DNA of 64,000 bases. Source: Auanema rhodensis (taxonomy: Eukaryota > Animalia > Nematoda). The stretch lies in contig OZ059895.1 of assembly GCA_964057225.1 (NCBI GenBank), positions 2,852,001 through 2,916,000 on the forward strand, read 5' to 3'. Shown here one piece after another: positions 1-10,600 of this stretch (the first letter of the stretch is position 1; every line of letters begins with the position of its first letter). The position numbers were made by a program, and so were the translations under genes. Under the pieces are notes generated by a model. It searched no databases, was not told the origin of the DNA, and was given only the letters and a program-made list of their open reading frames with translations.

Positions 1-108
1 TCAAACTTTGATTAAGAACTTTGATTTTCGTACACCCATAAATTATACGCAGCACAGGTTACCCTTAATTAATGAACTGACCGACTAATCAGACATGGAT
101 CTTTCCAA

Positions 109-175
109 GTTCTGTTGCTTGAACGGATGTTTTCCTACGTAGGCTAGTAAAACATGCCCTTCAAAGCATCAGAAC
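109..175. other. 67-nt imperfect inverted repeat (about 26-bp bulged stem-loop) at monomer offset +79..+145 in every long and short monomer
   Basis: GTTCTG/CAGAAC, TGC/GCA, TTGAA/TTCAA, GG/CC, ATGTTTT/AAAACAT and CTA/TAG pair around loop CGTAGGC, with three 1x1 mismatches and two 1-nt bulges. Function unproven. Confidence 0.9.
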
Positions 176-203
176 ATGTGACCACATTCCAATTTTTTTG
201 TAT

Positions 204-220
204 CTATCTTGTAAAGATAG
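204..220. other. Small perfect dyad CTATCTT-GTA-AAGATAG (7-bp stem, 3-nt loop), one per monomer
   Basis: Direct reverse-complement match; it is retained even in the 121-bp unit. Confidence 0.85.
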
Positions 221-1122
221 TAATAAACTTTGATTTTTGTACACCCATAAATTATACGCAGCACAGGTTACCCTTAAATAATGAACTGACTGTCTAATCA
301 GACATGGATCTTCCCAAGTTCTGTTGCTTGAATGGATGTTTTCCTACGTAGGCTAGTAAAACATGCCCTTCAAAGCATCAGAACATGTGATCACATTCCA
401 ATTTTTTTGTATCTATCTTGTAAAGATAGTAATATATCATATGTTGAACACTATGTTGGAAAGATTTTAATTCAGATTTTCGAACTTTTATTCAGTTTGT
501 TTTTTAAACTTTGATTAAGAACTTTGATTTTTGTACACCCATAAATTATACGCAGCACAGGTTACCCTTAATTAATGAACTGCCCGACTAATCAGACATG
601 GATCTTTCCAAGTTCTGTTGCTTGAACGGATGTTTTCCTACGAAGGCTAGTAAAACATGCCCTTCAAAGCATCAGAACATGTGATCACATTCCAATATTT
701 TTGTATCTATCTTGTAAAGATAGTAATATATCATATGTTGAACACTATGTTGGAAAGATTTTAATTCAGATTTTTTCAACTTTCACTCAGTTTGTTTTCT
801 AAACTTTGATTAAGAACCTTGAGTTTTGTACACCCATAAATTATACGCAGCACAGGTTACCCTTAAATAATGAACTGACCGACTAATCAGACATGGATCT
901 TTCCTAGTTCTGTTGCTTGAATGGATGTTTTCCTACGTAGGCTAGTAAAACATGCCCTTCAAAGCATCAGAACATGTGATCACATTCCAATTTTTTTGTA
1001 TCTATCTTGTAAAGATAGTAATTATATCATATGTTGAACACTATGTTGGAAAGATTTTAATTCAGATTTTCTAACTTTTATTCAGTTTGTTTTTTAAACT
1101 TTGATTAAGAACTTTGATTTTC

Positions 1123-1416
1123 GTACACCCATAAATTATACGCAGCACAGGTTACCCTTAAATAATGAACTGACCGACTAATCAGACATGGATCTTTCCT
1201 AGTTCTGTTGCTTGAATGGATGTTTTCCTACGTAGGCTAGTAAAACATGCCCTTCAAAGCATCAGAACATGTGATCACATTCCAATATTTTTGTATCTAT
1301 CTTGTAAAGATAGTAATATATCATATGTTGAACACTATGTTGGAAAGATTTTAATTCAGATTTTCTAACTTTTATTCAGTTTGTTTTTTAAACTTTGATT
1401 AAGAACTTTGATTTTT
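1123..1416 (+). repeat. Representative long monomer, tail type A (294 bp), the most common unit
   Basis: Tail GATTTTCTAACTTTTATTCAGTTTGTTTTTTAAACTTTGATTAAGAACTTTGATTTTT. The first 160 bp are about 40% GC and the last 134 bp about 21% GC. Confidence 0.97.
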
Positions 1417-1625
1417 GTACACCCATAAATTATACGCAGCACAGGTTACCCTTGAATAATGAACTGACCGACTAATCAGACATGGATCTTTCCTAGTTCT
1501 GTTGCTTGAATGGATGTTTTCCTACGTAGGCTAGTAAAACATGCCCTTCAAAGCATCAGAACATGTGATCACATTCCAATTTTTTTGTATCTATCTTGTA
1601 AAGATAGTAATAAACTTTGATTTTT

Positions 1626-1920
1626 GTACACCCATAAATTATACGCAGCACAGGTTACCCTTAAATAATGAACTGACCGACTAATCAGACATGGATCTTT
1701 CCAAGTTCTGTTGCTTGAACGGATGTTTTCCTACGTAGGCTAGTAAAACATGCCCTTCAAAGCATCAGAACATGTGATCACATTTCAATTTTTTTGTATC
1801 TATCTTGTAAAGATAGTAATATATCATATGTTGAACACTATGTTGGAAAGATTTTAATTCAGATTTTTTCAACTTTCACTCAGTTTGTTTTCTAAACTTT
1901 GATTAAGAACCTTGTTGTTT
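1626..1920 (+). repeat. Representative long monomer, tail type B (295 bp); subtypes B1 (CCTTGAGTTTT) and B2 (CCTTGTTGTTT)
   Basis: Tail GATTTTTTCAACTTTCACTCAGTTTGTTTTCTAAAC...AACCTTG carries about 7-8 linked differences from tail A. Confidence 0.95.
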
Positions 1921-4900
1921 GTACACCCATAAATTATACGCAGCACAGGTTACCCTTAAATAATGAACTGACCGACTAATCAGACATGGATCTTTCCTAG
2001 TTCTGTTGCTTGAATGGATGTTTTCCTACGTAGGCTAGTAAAACATGCCCTTCAAAGCATCAGAACATGTGATCACATTCCAATATTTTTTTATCTATCT
2101 TGTAAAGATAGTAATATATCATATGTTGAACACTATGTTGGAAAGATTTTAATTCAGATTTTTTCAACTTTCACTCAGTTTGTTTTCTAAACTTTGATTA
2201 AGAACCTTGAGTTTTGTACACCCATAAATTATACGCAGCACAGGTTACCCTTAAATAATGAACTGACCGACTAATCAGACATGGATCTTTCCTAGTTCTG
2301 TTGCTTGAATGGATGTTTTCCTACGTAGGCTAGTAAAACATGCCCTTCAAAGCATCAGAACATGTGATCACATTCCAATTTTTTTGTATCTATCTTGTAA
2401 AGATAGTAATATATCATATGTTGAACACTATGTTGGAAAAATTTTAATTCAGATTTTCGAACTTTTTTTCAGTTTGTTTTTCAAACTTTGATTAAGAACT
2501 TTGATTTTCGTACACCCATAAATTATACGCAGCACAGGTTACCCTTAATTAATGAACTGACCGACTAATCAGACATGGATCTTTCCAAGTTCTGTTGCTT
2601 GAACGGATGTTTTCCTACGTAGGCTAGTAAAACATGCCCTTCAAAGCATCAGAACATGTGACCACATTCCAATTTTTTTGTATCTATCTTGTAAAGATAG
2701 TAATAAACTTTGATTTTTGTACACCCATAAATTATACGCAGCACAGGTTACCCTTAAATAATGAACTGACTGTCTAATCAGACATGGATCTTCCCAAGTT
2801 CTGTTGCTTGAATGGATGTTTTCCTACGTAGGCTAGTAAAACATGCCCTTCAAAGCATCAGAACATGTGATCACATTCCAATTTTTTTGTATCTATCTTG
2901 TAAAGATAGTAATATATCATATGTTGAACACTATGTTGGAAAGATTTTAATTCAGATTTTCGAACTTTTATTCAGTTTGTTTTTTAAACTTTGATTAAGA
3001 ACTTTGATTTTTGTACACCCATAAATTATACGCAGCACAGGTTACCCTTAATTAATGAACTGCCCGACTAATCAGACATGGATCTTTCCAAGTTCTGTTG
3101 CTTGAACGGATGTTTTCCTACGAAGGCTAGTAAAACATGCCCTTCAAAGCATCAGAACATGTGACCACATTCCAATTTTTTTGTATCTATCTTGTAAAGA
3201 TAGTAATATATCATATGTTGAACACTATGTTGGAAAGATTTTAATTCAGATTTTTTCAACTTTCACTCAGTTTGTTTTCTAAACTTTGATTAAGAACCTT
3301 GAGTTTTGTACACCCATAAAATATACGCAGCACAGGTTACCCTTAAATAATGAACTGACTGTCTAATCAGACATGGATCTTCCCAAGTTCTGTTGCTTGA
3401 ATGGATGTTTTCCTACGTAGGCTAGTAAAACATGCCCTTCAAAGCATCAGAACATGTGATCACATTCCAATTTTTTTGTATCTATCTTATAAAGATAGTA
3501 ATATATCATATGTTGAACACTATGTTGGAAAGATTTTAATTCAGATTTTCTAACTTTTATTCAGTTTGTTTTTTAAACTTTGATTAAGAACTTTGATTTT
3601 TGTACACCCATAAATTATACGCAGCACAGGTTACCCTTAAATAATGAACTGACCGACTAATCAGACATGGATCTTTCCTAGTTCTGTTGCTTGAATGGAT
3701 GTTTTCCTACGTAGGCTAGTAAAACATGCCCTTCAAAGCATCAGAACATGTGATCACATTCCAATTTTTTTGAAATCTATCTTGTAAAGATAGTAATAAT
3801 CTTTGATTTTTATACACCCATAAATTATACGCAGCACAGGTTACCCTTAAATAATGAACTGACCGACTAATCAGACATGGATCTTTCCTAGTTCTGTTGC
3901 TTGAATGGATGTTTTCCTACGTAGGCTAGTAAAACATGCCCTTCAAAGCATCAGAACATGTGATCACATTCCAATTTTTTTGTATCTATCTTGTAAAGAT
4001 AGTAATATATCATATGTTGAACACTATGTTGGAAAGATTTTAATTCAGATTTACGAACTTTTATTCAGTTTGTTTTTTAAACTTTGATTAAGAACTTTGA
4101 TTTTTGTACACCCATAAATTATACGCAGCACAGGTTACCCTTAAATAATGAACTGACCGACTAATCAGACATGGATCTTTCCAAGTTCTGTTGCTTGAAT
4201 GGATGTTTTCCTACGTAGGCTAGTAAAACATGCCCTTCAAAGCATCAGAACATGTGACCACATTCCAATTTTTTTGTATCTATCTTGTAAAGATAGTAAT
4301 ATATCATATGTTGAACACTATGTTGGAAAGATTTTAATTCAGATTTTCTAACTTTTATTCAGTTTGTTTTTTAAACTTTGATTAAGAACTTTGATTTTTG
4401 TACACCCATAAATTATACGCAGCACAGGTTACCCTTAAATAATGAACTGACCGACTAATCAGACATGGATCTTTCCTAGTTCTGTTGCTTGAATGGATGT
4501 TTTCCTACGTAGGCTAGTAAAACATGCCCTTCAAAGCATCAGAACATGTGACCACATTCCAATTTTTTTGTATCTATCTTGTAAAGATAGTAATATATCA
4601 TATGTTGAACACTATGTTGGAAAGATTTTAATTCAGATTTTCTAACTTTTATTCAATTTTTTTTTTTAAACTTTGATTAAGAACTTTGATTTTTGTACAC
4701 CCATAAATTATACGCAGCACAGGTTACCCTTAAATAATGAACTGACCGACTAATCAGACATGGATCTTTCCTAGTTCTGTTGCTTGAATGGATGTTTTCC
4801 TACGTAGGCTAGTAAAACATGACCTTCAAAGCATCAGAACATGTGATCACATTCCAATATTTTTGTATCTATCTTGTAAAGATAGTAATATATCATATGT

Positions 4901-5283
4901 TGAACACTATGTTGGAAAGATTTTAATTCAGATTTTCTAACTTTTATTCAGTTTGTTTTTTAAACTTTGATTAAGAACTTTGATTTTTGTACACCCATAA
5001 ATTATACGCAGCACAGGTTACCCTTAAATAATGAACTGACCGACTAATCAGACATGGATCTTTCCTAGTTCTGTTGCTTGAATGGATGTTTTCCTACGTA
5101 GGCTAGTAAAACATGCCCTTCAAAGCATCAGAACATGTGACCACATTCCAATTTTTTTGTATCTATCTTGTAAAGATAGTAATATATCATATGTTGAACA
5201 CTATGTTGGAAAGATTTTAATTCAGATTTTTTCAACTTTCACTCAGTTTGTTTTCTAAACTTTGATTAAGAACCTTGAGTTTT

Positions 5284-7644
5284 GTACACCCATAAAATAT
5301 ACGCAGCACAGGTTACCCTTAAATAATGAACTGACTGTCTAATCAGACATGGATCTTCCCAAGTTCTGTTGCTTGAATGGATGTTTTCCTACGTAGGCTA
5401 GTAAAACATGCCCTTCAAAGCATCAGAACATGTGATCACATTCCAATTTTTTTGTATCTATCTTGTAAAGATAGTAATATATCATATGTTGAACACTATG
5501 TTGGAAAGATTTTAATTCAGATTTTCGAACTTTTATTCAGTTTGTTTTTTAAACTTTGATTAAGAACTTTGATTTTTGTACACCCATAAATTATACGCAG
5601 CACAGGTTACCCTTAATTAATGAACTGACCGACTAATCAGACATGGATCTTTCCAAGTTCTGTTGCTTGAACGGATGTTTTCCTACGAAGGCTAGTAAAA
5701 CATGCCCTTCAAAGCATCAGAACATGTGATCACATTCCAATATTTTTGTATCTATCTTGTAAAGATAGTAATATATCATATGTTGAACACTATGTTGGAA
5801 AGATTTTAATTCGGTTTTTTTTCAACTTTCACTCAGTTTGTTTTCTTAACTTTGATTAAGAACCTTGAGTTTTGTACACCCATAAATTATACGCAGCACA
5901 GGTTACCCTTAAATAATGAACTGACCGACTAATCAGACATGGATCTTTCCTAGTTCTGTTGCTTGAATGGATGTTTTCCTACGTAGGCTAGTAAAACATG
6001 CCCTTCAAAGCATCAGAACATGTGATCACATTCCAATTTTTTTGTATCTATCTTGTAAAGATAGTAATTATATCATATGTTGAACACTATGTTGGAAAGA
6101 TTTTAATTCAGATTTTCTAACTTTTATTCAGTTTGTTTTTTAAACTTTGATTAAGAACTTTGATTTTCGTACACCCATAAATTATACGCAGCACAGGTTA
6201 CCCTTAAATAATGAACTGACCGACTAATCAGACATGGATCTTTCCTAGTTCTGTTGCTTGAATGGATGTTTTCCTACGTAGGCTAGTAAAACATGCCCTT
6301 CAAAGCATCAGAACATGTGATCACATTCCAATATTTTTGTATCTATCTTGTAAAGATAGTAATATATCATATGTTGAACACTATGTTGGAAAGATTTTAA
6401 TTCAGATTTTTTCAACTTTCACTCAGTTTGTTTTCTAAACTTTGATTAAGAACCTTGAGTTTTGTACACCCATAAAATATACGCAGCACAGGTTACCCTT
6501 AAATAATGAACTGACTGTCTAATCAGACATGGATCTTCCCAAGTTCTGTTGCTTGAATGGATGTTTTCCTACGTAGGCTAGTAAAACATGCCCTTCAAAG
6601 CATCAGAACATGTGATCACATTCCAATTTTTTTGTATCTATCTTGTAAAGATAGTAATATATCATATGTTGAACACTATGTTGGAAAGATTTTAATTCAG
6701 ATTTTCGAACTTTTATTCAGTTTGTTTTTTAAACTTTGATTAAGAACTTTGATTTTTGTACACCCATAAATTATACGCAGCACAGGTTACCCTTAATTAA
6801 TGAACTGACCGACTAATCAGACATGGATCTTTCCAAGTTCTGTTGCTTGAACGGATGTTTTCCTACGAAGGCTAGTAAAACATGCCCTTCAAAGCATCAG
6901 AACATGTGATCACATTCCAATATTTTTGTATCTATCTTGTAAAGATAGTAATATATCATATGTTGAACACTATGTTGGAAAGATTTTAATTCGGTTTTTT
7001 TTCAACTTTCACTCAGTTTGTTTTCTTAACTTTGATTAAGAACCTTGAGTTTTGTACACCCATAAATTATACGCAGCACAGGTTACCCTTAAATAATGAA
7101 CTGACCGACTAATCAGACATGGATCTTTCCTAGTTCTGTTGCTTGAATGGATGTTTTCCTACGTAGGCTAGTAAAACATGCCCTTCAAAGCATCAGAACA
7201 TGTGATCACATTCCAATTTTTTTGTATCTATCTTGTAAAGATAGTAATTATATCATATGTTGAACACTATGTTGGAAAGATTTTAATTCAGATTTTCTAA
7301 CTTTTATTCAGTTTGTTTTTTAAACTTTGATTAAGAACTTTGATTTTCGTACACCCATAAATTATACGCAGCACAGGTTACCCTTAAATAATGAACTGAC
7401 CGACTAATCAGACATGGATCTTTCCTAGTTCTGTTGCTTGAATGGATGTTTTCCTACGTAGGCTAGTAAAACATGCCCTTCAAAGCATCAGAACATGTGA
7501 TCACATTCCAATATTTTTGTATCTATCTTGTAAAGATAGTAATATATCATATGTTGAACACTATGTTGGAAAGATTTTAATTCGGTTTTTTTTCAACTTT
7601 CACTCAGTTTGTTTTCTTAATTTTGATTAAGAACCTTGAGTTTT
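5284..7644 (+). repeat. Two copies of a 1180-bp 4-mer higher-order unit
   Basis: 294+296+295+295; anchors 5284/6464 and ORFs 5377/6557. The last monomer of copy 2 has tail C instead of B1. Confidence 0.9.
5578..5873 (+). repeat. Representative long monomer, tail type C (296 bp; TTCGGTTTTTTTTCAAC...TTCTTAAC), a derivative of B1
   Basis: Seen at ~5.8, 7.0, 7.6, 56.8, 59.1, 59.4, 61.4 and 63.6 kb. It produces the 62-aa ORF variants. Confidence 0.93.
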
Positions 7645-10600
7645 GTACACCCATAAATTATACGCAGCACAGGTTACCCTTAAATAATGAACTGACCGAC
7701 TAATCAGACATGGATCTTTCCTAGTTCTGTTGCTTGAATGGATGTTTTCCTACGTAGGCTAGTAAAACATGCCCTTCAAAGCATCAGAACATGTGATCAC
7801 ATTCCAATATTTTTGTATCTATCTTGTAAAGATAGTAATATATCATATGTTGAACACTATGTTGGAAAGATTTTAATTCAGATTTTTTCAACATTCACTC
7901 AGTTTGTTTTCTAAACTTTGATTAAGAACCTTGTTGTTTGTACACCCATAAAATATACGCAGCACAGGTTACCCTTAAATAATGAACTGACCGTCTAATC
8001 AGACATGGATCTTCCCAAGTTCTGTTGCTTGAATGGATGTTTTCCTACGTAGGCTAGTAAAACATGCCCTTCAAAGCATCAGAACATGTGATCACATTCC
8101 AATTTTTTTGTATCTATCTTGTAAAGATAGTAATTATATCATATGTTGAACACTATGTTGGAAAGATTTTAATTCAGATTTTTTCAACTTTCACTCAGTT
8201 TGTTTTCTAAACTTTGATTAAGAACCTTGTTGTTTGTACACCCATAAAATATACGCAGCACAGGTTACCCTTAAATAATGAACTGACCGTCTAATCAGAC
8301 ATGGATCTTCCCAAGTTCTGTTGCTTGAATGGATGTTTTCCTACGTAGGCTAGTAAAACATGCCCTTCAAAGCATCAGAACATGTGATCACATTCCAATT
8401 TTTTTGTATCTATCTTGTAAAGATAGTAATTATATCATATGTTGAACACTATGTTGGAAAGATTTTAATTCAGATTTTCTAACTTTTATTCAGTTTGTTT
8501 TTTAAACTTTGATTAAGAACTTTGATTTTTGTACACCCATAAATTATACGCAGCACAGGTTACCCTTGAATAATGAACTGACCGACTAATCAGACATGGA
8601 TCTTTCCTAGTTCTGTTGCTTGAATGGATGTTTTCCTACGTAGGCTAGTAAAACATGCCCTTCAAAGCATCAGAACATGTGATCACATTCCAATTTTTTT
8701 GTATCTATCTTGTAAAGATAGTAATAAACTTTGATTTTTGTACACCCATAAATTATACGCAGCACAGGTTACCCTTAAATAATGAACTGACCGACTAATC
8801 AGACATGGATCTTTCCAAGTTCTGTTGCTTGAACGGATGTTTTCCTACGTAGGCTAGTAAAACATGCCCTTCAAAGCATCAGAACATGTGATCACATTTC
8901 AATTTTTTTGTATCTATCTTGTAAAGATAGTAATATATCATATGTTGAACACTATGTTGGAAAGATTTTAATTCAGATTTTTTCAACTTTCACTCAGTTT
9001 GTTTTCTAAACTTTGATTAAGAACCTTGAGTTTTGTACACCCATAAATTATACGCAGCACAGGTTACCCTTAAATAATGAACTGACCGACTAATCAGACA
9101 TGGATCTTTCCTAGTTCTGTTGCTTGAATGGATGTTTTCCTACGTAGGCTAGTAAAACATGCCCTTCAAAGCATCAGAACATGTGATCACATTTCAATTT
9201 TTTTGTATCTATCTTGTAAAGATAGTAATTATATCATATGTTGAACACTATGTTGGAAAGATTTTAATTCAGATTTTCTAACTTTTATTCAGTTTGTTTT
9301 TTAAACTTTGATTAAGAACTTTGATTTTTGTACACCCATAAATTATACGCAGCACAGGTTACCCTTGAATAATGAACTGACCGACTAATCAGACATGGAT
9401 CTTTCCTAGTTCTGTTGCTTGAATGGATGTTTTCCTACGTAGGCTAGTAAAACATGCCCTTCAAAGCATCAGAACATGTGATCACATTCCAATTTTTTTG
9501 TATCTATCTTGTAAAGATAGTAATAAACTTTGATTTTTGTACACCCATAAATTATACGCAGCACAGGTTACCCTTAAATAATGAACTGACCGACTAATCA
9601 GACATGGATCTTTCCAAGTTCTGTTGCTTGAACGGATGTTTTCCTACGTAGGCTAGTAAAACATGCCCTTCAAAGCATCAGAACATGTGATCACATTTCA
9701 ATTTTTTTGTATCTATCTTGTAAAGATAGTAATATATCATATGTTGAACACTATGTTGGAAAGATTTTAATTCAGATTTTTTCAACTTTCACTCAGTTTG
9801 TTTTCTAAACTTTGATTAAGAACCTTGTTGTTTGTACACCCATAAAATATACGCAGCACAGGTTACCCTTAAATAATGAACTGACCGTCTAATCAGACAT
9901 GGATCTTCCCAAGTTCTGTTGCTTGAATGGATGTTTTCCTACGTAGGCTAGTAAAACATGCCCTTCAAAGCATCAGAACATGTGATCACATTCCAATATT
10001 TTTGTATCTATCTTGTAAAGATAGTAATATATCATATGTTGAACACTATGTTGGAAAGATTTTAATTCATATTTTCTAACTTTTATTCAGTTTGTTTTTT
10101 AAACTTTGATTAAGAACTTTGATTTTTGTACACCCATAAATTATACGCAGCACAGGTTACCCTTAAATAATGAACTGACCGTCTAATCAGACATGGATCT
10201 TCCCAAGTTCTGTTGCTTGAATGGATGTTTTCCTACGTAGGCTAGTAAAACATGCCCTTCAAAGCATCAGAACATGTGATCACATTCCAATTTTTTTGTA
10301 TCTATCTTGTAAAGATAGTAATATATCATATGTTGAACACTATGTTCGAAAGATTTTAATTCAGATTTTTTCAACTTTCACTCAGTTTGTTTTCTAAACT
10401 TTGATTAAGAACCTTGAGTTTTGTACACCCATAAATTATACGCAGCACAGGTTACCCTTAAATAATGAACTGACCGACTAATCAGACATGGATCTTTCCA
10501 AGTTCTGTTGCTTGAATGGATGTTTTCCTACGTAGGCTAGTAAAACATGCCCTTCAAAGCATCAGAACATGTGACCACATTCCAATTTTTTTGTATCTAT

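Larger units (their letters stand above)
30..238 (+). repeat. Representative short monomer S (209 bp), a long monomer minus 85 bp; S' variant is 210 bp (TTTGAAATC)
   Basis: Junction GATAGTAATA|AACTTTGATTTTT; the missing segment corresponds to 435-519 of the next monomer. About 56 short units counted by eye, e.g. 1417, 2510, 8531, 15589, 16387, 17185, 62895. Confidence 0.97.
1..3300 (+). repeat. 2480-bp (9-monomer) periodicity
   Basis: Window start TCAAACTTTG...TTCGTACACCC with TAATTAAT, GACCAC, CTGTCT and CTGCCCGA markers recurs exactly 2480 bp later (anchors 30/2510; ORFs 332/2812). Confidence 0.88.

Noticed and set aside
26-42. CENP-B box at TTCGTACACCC
   Set aside because: It lacks the required A and CGGG positions of TTCGNNNNANNCGGG, and the TTCG variant is rare.
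74-92. Hammerhead ribozyme core, as in newt, schistosome and cricket satellites
   Set aside because: CTGACCGA (+) and CTGATGC, CTGATTA, CTGAGTGA (-) do not match CUGANGA, and I found no stem II closed by GAAA.
118-160. Resemblance of the hairpin arms to miR-30 (CGGATGTTT / GTAAAACAT)
   Set aside because: The arm order is opposite to miR-30 on either strand and the seed does not match, so this is treated as coincidence.
435-519. 85-bp deletion as precise intron loss
   Set aside because: The deleted segment ends in AG but starts with TA; the upstream GTAATA is retained in short units.
974-997. Intrinsic or Pol III terminator (palindrome followed by T7)
   Set aside because: The stem is AT-rich and separated from the T run, the T run is often interrupted (AATATTTTT), and no promoter or gene context supports it.
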